A stretch of 64,000 bases of DNA from Thermodesulfovibrionales bacterium (GTDB taxonomy: Bacteria; Nitrospirota; Thermodesulfovibrionia; Thermodesulfovibrionales; CALJEL01), in NCBI GenBank assembly GCA_026417875.1, contig JAOACK010000005.1:5062-69061 (forward strand). Direction: 5' to 3'. Positions 35,587 to 41,187 of this stretch are shown one piece after another. The first letter of the stretch is position 1, and each line of letters opens with the position of its first letter. The notes under the pieces were generated by a model. That model saw nothing but the letters and a program-made list of their open reading frames with translations, was not told the origin of the DNA and did no database searches. Position numbers and translations under genes: made by a program.

Positions 35587-37596
35587 CTAAAAAAGTTTTC
35601 TTTTTATATTTATATAAAACAGTTCAGAAAATCTTCTTGTATCCATATTATCTGAATGGGTCCTGCTCCACTGAAGATTTAGACCACCTGTAAGCTCAAG
35701 CATGCCTGACCTGAATGAAAGAGAAGAAGAAAGTAAATAGGCATCAGCATCGGAAAGAGAGTCCCTTCTTGTATACTTTGCCCCGCCATTCAACCAGAGG
35801 TTCCTGTAAAACTTTCTTCTTATATCAATAGCTGCTCCCTTTGTTGTCTCCTTGTAATCTCTTCTGGTCATGTAACCTTTCTGATACCAGGTCTCTGAAT
35901 AGAATATCTTTGATAGGATGTTAAAATTAGGATTTAGGTCTATTCCATATCTGAATTCTGCTCTGAAGGACTCTGAGGGATTTATGTTTGAATCAACATT
36001 CTGATACTGCAGAAAAATATTATAAGGCTTCCGTGAAATAATCAAGCCGACAGTATCTATCTCTGTATCAGGAAGTCTTCCCTCATAGAAACCGGACCTA
36101 AGGTATGTTTTCAGACTGTTATGGCTGTAATAGGGAGATAGAAGATTATTGAATAAATCAAGTCGCAGGTTATAACCATGGGTATCTGTTTTTAATTCAA
36201 CATCCCTGGCCTCTGTTCTATAGGATACAAAGAATTGGTAGGTTGTTATTGACGGATCTGTGCTCCATGCTCCTGGAGGTAGGTCAAGGATTCTGATTCT
36301 TGTAATATCCCCTATCTCTATGACCTCGTAATGAATTACCGGCGTGAGCAGGTAAAGCATCCTGTTATCAGGATTCTCGACATAGACTTCTATAGATTGT
36401 ATAAGGACATTTCTTTCATTCAGATCAAATTCATCATTACCTATGATACCCGGCTGTGCAGAATGGGGTTCTTTAATTATGCTCATTTCTCCCTTTCTAT
36501 CATGAAGGGATGTTCCCAAGTTAAAACCCGCAGTAAATCTACCACCCCTTATAGACTTTGTATAATTTGTTGAAAAAAAGTGAGAGGTTGTCTTGATCTC
36601 GCTCTGAATAGTTCTTAGAAGATTATCCTCAAAAGACATTGATGACAGGTAATTGAACCGGTAAGTGGTGCTCAAACTTGCAAATAACTGATGGGAAAGG
36701 CTGAAAAGGCCACTATTTACCTCACGCTCTCTTTTAATCCTCTTATCAGCGGTACTTTCATCTTTTGTATAACTGAATGATAGACCTGATGAAAAATTAA
36801 AGGGTAACCTCAGTAACAGTCTCTCAGACCAGTTGAAAGAATCAATATCCTGTTTAAGCAGGTCTCTGTGTGTTGAATGGTCAAAGGATAAAGATGAATT
36901 AAGATTAAAGAATCCAAGATTTATACCATTACCTAACTGATAAAGTTCTCTTGAATCTGAACCAGGGGATTCACTCTTTAAAAAAGAACCTGTAAATGAA
37001 AGGCTCCTTCCACCTTTGAATTCCTTAAAGTACCTCATGCTATTACTGAATAGTCTTGTATCATATCTTATATCTTCCTGATGGGTGGAAACCTGAGAGT
37101 AGAGCATATTAAGAAAATAAGGTTTTTTTTCATATTTGAATTTCCCACCTTCAATGGTAATCACAGCAGGTGATATCCTCATGAGACCCTGCCTTGAAAG
37201 CGGTTCTTTTCTGATAAAGAAGAGCTCAAGATTATAAGGATGTTCAGGAAGAATAAAGTTCCTCCATTCGTATTCAAATGATGAAGAAGTCCACCAGGAT
37301 GCCTTACGATTCTCTGTCCTGAAATCCTCATGCTTCAGACCCGCAGATGTCTTTAAATAGATCGTAATAAATCTTGGATGGTATACATAGCCTCTCAGGA
37401 TAAGATTAATTTTTTCCTTGAGAAAAACATCCTGCCTCATGAAACCACTTTCATCTGTTCTATTCTCATCCCTGGTAAAGGAGAAATTTATCTCAAGCTC
37501 ACCCTCTGCATCGTAAAGCCTGGGCGTAAAATCAAGGGCATGGACAGGGCCAATATCCATTAATAAAAGGAACATCATTATTAAAAATAAATTCAT
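35587..37596 (-). CDS. Predicted outer-membrane beta-barrel protein (no recognised family)
   Basis: 669 aa with a signal peptide. Alternating hydrophobic/polar beta-strand patterns rich in Y/F/S/N/R run throughout. The C-terminal residue is aromatic (...INIKRKLF), as in OMP sorting signals. Confidence 0.55.
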   Translation of the reverse strand: MNLFLIMMFLLLMDIGPVHALDFTPRLYDAEGELEINFSFTRDENRTDESGFMRQDVFLKEKINLILRGYVYHPRFITIYLKTSAGLKHEDFRTENRKASWWTSSSFEYEWRNFILPEHPYNLELFFIRKEPLSRQGLMRISPAVITIEGGKFKYEKKPYFLNMLYSQVSTHQEDIRYDTRLFSNSMRYFKEFKGGRSLSFTGSFLKSESPGSDSRELYQLGNGINLGFFNLNSSLSFDHSTHRDLLKQDIDSFNWSERLLLRLPFNFSSGLSFSYTKDESTADKRIKREREVNSGLFSLSHQLFASLSTTYRFNYLSSMSFEDNLLRTIQSEIKTTSHFFSTNYTKSIRGGRFTAGFNLGTSLHDRKGEMSIIKEPHSAQPGIIGNDEFDLNERNVLIQSIEVYVENPDNRMLYLLTPVIHYEVIEIGDITRIRILDLPPGAWSTDPSITTYQFFVSYRTEARDVELKTDTHGYNLRLDLFNNLLSPYYSHNSLKTYLRSGFYEGRLPDTEIDTVGLIISRKPYNIFLQYQNVDSNINPSESFRAEFRYGIDLNPNFNILSKIFYSETWYQKGYMTRRDYKETTKGAAIDIRRKFYRNLWLNGGAKYTRRDSLSDADAYLLSSSLSFRSGMLELTGGLNLQWSRTHSDNMDTRRFSELFYINIKRKLF

Positions 37597-37631
37597 TTCT
37601 AAAAAATCTCGTCTCCATAAATTCTGTAAAA

Positions 37632-38165
37632 TTAATTCTTTAAAATAAATCTATCATTCCCTGAATGGGCATCATGACAGTCAAGACATCTGAGGTCTGA
37701 ATACATATGAACGTCATTCTTGAGGATATCGTTTTTATCATGGCAGTACAGACAGAATTCTCTGGGTTCTGATACAAGCATATAGGCATAGCCTGAACTA
37801 TGAGGCAGATGACAGACCCTGCATCCACCTGCAGCGATTGGACCGTGAATCCATCTATTTTCAATATTCATATCATGACAGTAAAGACATAATTTTTCAG
37901 CAGGCATTATTAATTCATTCGTATCCCTTTTATGACAGCCATAACACATCTTTGCAGCATAGGGACCATGCTCTGTAGGTCTGCCCAGCAGCTTTTTTTC
38001 TGTAGAATCACCGTCCTTTTCTTTTTTTGCAGTTGGCTCAGGCTCTGTTATTTTTGGCGGGGGTACACCATCAAAGAAGAAAGAGAGTATCCTGTATCTC
38101 TTCACTGGGTCAGAGCATCCAGAGATGAACGCTACCATCAGATATATCATCATGAGTCTTTTCAT
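37632..38165 (-). CDS. Pentahaem c-type cytochrome lipoprotein
   Basis: 177 aa with a lipobox (FISGCS). The five motifs are CYGCH, CLYCH, CRVCH, CLYCH and CLDCH. Confidence 0.85.
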   Translation of the reverse strand: MKRLMMIYLMVAFISGCSDPVKRYRILSFFFDGVPPPKITEPEPTAKKEKDGDSTEKKLLGRPTEHGPYAAKMCYGCHKRDTNELIMPAEKLCLYCHDMNIENRWIHGPIAAGGCRVCHLPHSSGYAYMLVSEPREFCLYCHDKNDILKNDVHMYSDLRCLDCHDAHSGNDRFILKN

Positions 38166-38177
38166 GAGTTAACTGAT

Positions 38178-39332
38178 TCAGTCCGATTTTTCACCCTCCG
38201 GTAAACTCTGTCTTTCAAAGACCTGCTGTTTCTTTCTTACCTCCTCCAGAAGTTCCTGATCTGTGCGATACCTCACACCTTTTTGTTTGCCAAAGGCATA
38301 TACATTCACCATCCTGTCACCGAACTGACTTGTAACTATTATAATGTATTCAATTTCAAAATCAGGTGCAGCATACTGTCTGAAATAATCTATATGTTTA
38401 TAATCAATCACTACCTCTGCAGGAAGGATGAGCCTTCCTGGTCTTGTCCCTCCACCACCAAAGAACATGAGAAGAAATCCATCCTTATTAAATATCTGGA
38501 CATTAAAGAATGCAGCATCAACAACATATATCCTGCCTTCTTTATCAACAGCAACACCTCTGGGTCTTGCAAAATGTCCGAGATTAACACCGAGCCTTCC
38601 TACTGTTCCCTTAAAATGACCATCCCTGTCAAATTTTACAATCTGGAACCTTCCTGCATCGCTTACATAAAGAATACCTTCTCTGTCAAAGACAAGATTT
38701 GTTGGTCTGTCAAGCCATTCAGATATATCACCCTTTCTACCAAAGGTTCTGTTGAGTTCACCAGTGAGTTTATCAAATACCTTTATCTCACCGTTCTTTA
38801 TATCAGCTACATATACTTCATCGCCAAAGGCAACGGCATCAACTGGTTTCCAGTCTCCTATAATGCCGAAGGATTTTACATAAAAATCATTTCTATCAAA
38901 CACAACAACCTGTTTTCTAACGGGGTCAGATACATATTTATTCCCCTCTTCATCTATGCTTATATTAACAGGTTGCATGAGCTTTCCCTGACCTATTGCA
39001 CCCTTAAGGTATTCATATCTTTTATTTCTTAAATCAAAGACAATAACACCTGCATTAGTATCACATACATAGATCTTTCCATCGTATATAGCTACTCCAT
39101 AGGGTTTATCAAGCCTCCTTATATCCTCCTTTTCGCCTGTTATGAATTTTTCAAAACTGGATTTTGGAGGTTCAACATCCTTTGCACCTGTAAAGGACAT
39201 GAGAAATTGAATTCTTGGAGGATCGGGCGGTTCAGGAAAAAATACAGCAGGTTCTTTTATCTCCTTTTGGGGTGCAGCGCAAGCAGATATGATAATTATT
39301 AGAAACAGGAGCCCTGATTTTAACGTTGGCAT
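38178..39332 (-). CDS. NHL-repeat six-bladed beta-propeller lipoprotein
   Basis: 384 aa with a lipobox (IIISAC). Its blades include PYGVAIYDGKIYVCDTNAG, PTNLVFDREGILYVSDAGRFQIVKFDRDGHF and PRGVAVDKEGRIYVVDAAFFNVQIFNKDGF. The long plus-strand ORF 38283-39032 is its antisense shadow. Confidence 0.85.
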   Translation of the reverse strand: MPTLKSGLLFLIIIISACAAPQKEIKEPAVFFPEPPDPPRIQFLMSFTGAKDVEPPKSSFEKFITGEKEDIRRLDKPYGVAIYDGKIYVCDTNAGVIVFDLRNKRYEYLKGAIGQGKLMQPVNISIDEEGNKYVSDPVRKQVVVFDRNDFYVKSFGIIGDWKPVDAVAFGDEVYVADIKNGEIKVFDKLTGELNRTFGRKGDISEWLDRPTNLVFDREGILYVSDAGRFQIVKFDRDGHFKGTVGRLGVNLGHFARPRGVAVDKEGRIYVVDAAFFNVQIFNKDGFLLMFFGGGGTRPGRLILPAEVVIDYKHIDYFRQYAAPDFEIEYIIIVTSQFGDRMVNVYAFGKQKGVRYRTDQELLEEVRKKQQVFERQSLPEGEKSD

Positions 39333-39388
39333 TATTAATTTAAAAATTTATTATTATATTCTAAACACTGAAATTATAGCATTTAATT

Positions 39389-39420
39389 AAAAAAGAAGGG
39401 AAGGGGAAACCCTTCCCTTC
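39389..39420 (-). terminator. Rho-independent terminator after the tetrahaem cytochrome gene
   Basis: On the minus strand the sequence reads GAAGGGAAGGG-TTT-CCCCTTCCCTTC followed by TTTTTT, starting 10 nt after the stop codon. Confidence 0.8.
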
Positions 39421-39429
39421 TAATTGAGT

Positions 39430-40218
39430 TTAAGGTGTCTTCTGTCCTTTTGCGTGGCAGGAAAGACAGAGATTGCTGTTAGAGTCGCTCACGTATAGCA
39501 ATTTCTCACCGCTATTTCCAGTGTTATGAACTGCGTGGCAGGTTGAGCATTCCATCTTTCCATTCCAGAGATAGTTGCTAACAGGCACTGTGCCGAAGGT
39601 TGCTGTTGCAGAGTCATAGATTTCAGGATCTTCAGCAGCAACACTGTCATAGTCAAAACCGATTGGATGATGGTTGAGGAGATAGCCATCTTTACCAATT
39701 TTATACTGATCTGCAATAACGCTTCCTCCTGAACTCCTTGATCTTGAATCCTGTGGCGCATGACCATACTCATTAACTGCAACAGTTCCATCATGGCAGC
39801 TTAAGCAGAGAAGTGATACAGAGCCCACTCTGTCAAAATAATCAACGGACTGTGGAGCCTTTGATCCTGCGATGGGTTTATCAGGTCCTGGATCATAGGG
39901 TGCGAAGACCTGAGTGGTGACAGCATGGTTCCATAACGGAAGATAGGTATAGTCAGCAGGTGCCTCAGGACCTGTACCTGCTCCGGCTGCTGTGCTTAAC
40001 TTATATGCATGGTGAGGTGCATGACACCAAACACAGATTCTGTTCAGATAATCAGCTGGTTGAGCAGGATAATTTCCGCCTGGCTGACCCTGCCTTAAAT
40101 CATGGGGTGTGCCATTTATACCTGTACCAGGTGTATAGTTTCCAGTAAAAGCCATTGCTACAGCACATACGAGAATAACCACTAGTAGGCTGAACAAAGG
40201 TATTAAAGACCTTTTCAT
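39430..40218 (-). CDS. Tetrahaem c-type cytochrome (secreted)
   Basis: 262 aa with a signal peptide. The motifs are CVWCHAPH...PLWN (the same N-terminal signature as the 582-aa cytochrome), CLSCH, CSTCH and CLSCH. A strong RBS (AAGGAGG) lies upstream. The codon composition is visibly more G/C-rich than in neighbouring genes. Confidence 0.9.
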   Translation of the reverse strand: MKRSLIPLFSLLVVILVCAVAMAFTGNYTPGTGINGTPHDLRQGQPGGNYPAQPADYLNRICVWCHAPHHAYKLSTAAGAGTGPEAPADYTYLPLWNHAVTTQVFAPYDPGPDKPIAGSKAPQSVDYFDRVGSVSLLCLSCHDGTVAVNEYGHAPQDSRSRSSGGSVIADQYKIGKDGYLLNHHPIGFDYDSVAAEDPEIYDSATATFGTVPVSNYLWNGKMECSTCHAVHNTGNSGEKLLYVSDSNSNLCLSCHAKGQKTP

Positions 40219-40292
40219 CTGAAAACCTCCTTACTAAACTGAACTGCTCAATGAGCAGCCGAAACCCTTTCCTGACAGGCACATATTATTTA

Positions 40293-40307
40293 GCAATTCA
40301 TGTGCCA
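40293..40307 (-). promoter_or_regulatory. Sigma-54 promoter for the tetrahaem cytochrome gene
   Basis: The plus strand reads GCAA-TTCAT-GTGCCA, which is TGGCAC-ATGAA-TTGC(T) on the minus strand. This is a perfect consensus, about 75 nt upstream of the ATG at 40218. Confidence 0.7.
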
Positions 40308-40369
40308 GACACAAAAATAATGAATTTTAAGCAAAATATCCTTTAAACCTCTCTTCACTTTCTCATCAG

Positions 40370-40568
40370 TGGTGAAATAACCCATATTAAATGGGTGAAA
40401 TTCTAACTTAATTGAGTTTAGTCATAAATTTGATTGGGTGATAGAAATTACGCCATCTTTAGAGATAGAAACTGGATGAAAAGAATTGCCTGCGAGCCTG
40501 TAAGTCTTTTTATTAATTCTCACATTCCTGACTATAAAATTTTACAAAAATAGGGTGAAATCACCCAT
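40370..40568. promoter_or_regulatory. Cluster of GGGTGAAAT(A/C)ACCCAT-type palindromic sites (candidate enhancer/UAS for the sigma-54 activator)
   Basis: Sites are TGGTGAAATAACCCAT (40370-40385), ATGGGTGAAATTC (40391-40403), GGGTGATAGAAAT (40436-40448) and GGGTGAAATCACCCAT (40553-40568). They lie between two divergent sigma-54 promoters, 65-100 bp from each. Confidence 0.45.
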
Positions 40569-40630
40569 GCTGGTCAGATTAAGATAATTATAATATTTTA
40601 AAAAAGAATAAAAAATTAGGAAATTTATCC

Positions 40631-40646
40631 TGGCATGCTTATTGCT
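40631..40646 (+). promoter_or_regulatory. Sigma-54 promoter for the large extracellular cytochrome gene
   Basis: TGGCAT-GCTTA-TTGCT lies about 100 nt upstream of the ATG at 40746, which has an AAAGGAGG RBS. Confidence 0.65.
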
Positions 40647-40745
40647 TAAACAAATGATGAGCCCTTAATCTGACAGGCTTGGAGGTGAAATTCAAATTTT
40701 AACTTAAAAATTTCCTTATTCAAGAAACCTTAAAAGGAGGAACGC

Positions 40746-41141
40746 ATGAAGTTAGTTTGCTGGTTAATAAGCCTGATAGTTCTATCAGGGACAATATTTG
40801 GGGCATCGGAGGGAATGGCTGCCCATCCTGATGTAGCTTTAAGGGATGCAGATGGAAACCTTATTCAACCAGGTTCCAATATACCCTATTCTCCAAAGCA
40901 GACCTGTGGAACTAGCCAGTGCCATGATACCATAGCCTCAAGATACGGGCTGAATAACATCTATGAGCACGGAGTGCTTTATGCACAGAAGGATCACGGT
41001 TCAGGTTCACCATCATACACAAATCCCTACAGTGTGCTCTATCCAGAACATGGAATAACATCCGGCTTTCACTTCCAGCAGGGAAGGGATGTTCCATGGG
41101 GAGATACAGAGAACATATTACGGTGTCCCGTCATTCACTAA
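40746..41141 (+). CDS. N-terminal fragment of a large multihaem cytochrome (signal peptide + CX4CH site)
   Basis: 131 aa with a signal peptide (MKLVCWLISLIVLSGTIFGASEG) and TCGTSQCHD. It ends in ...GFHFQQGRDVPWGDTENILRCPVIH*. The +1 frame is open from about 41059 and carries the plausible continuation QRTYYGVPSFTNSPGMYGKY. Confidence 0.6.
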   Translation: MKLVCWLISLIVLSGTIFGASEGMAAHPDVALRDADGNLIQPGSNIPYSPKQTCGTSQCHDTIASRYGLNNIYEHGVLYAQKDHGSGSPSYTNPYSVLYPEHGITSGFHFQQGRDVPWGDTENILRCPVIH

Positions 41142-41187
41142 CTCACCAGGAATGTATGGCAAGTATTGACCACCTTCAAACCGCCAG

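Noticed and set aside
38283-39032. 249-aa plus-strand ORF, the longest non-annotated ORF in the track
   Set aside because: It lies entirely antisense to the NHL-repeat lipoprotein gene, whose translation shows clear repeated NHL blades. The plus-strand product is low-complexity (I/N/K/Y/F-rich, many Cys) with no RBS or recognisable motif. It is a typical shadow ORF in AT-rich DNA.
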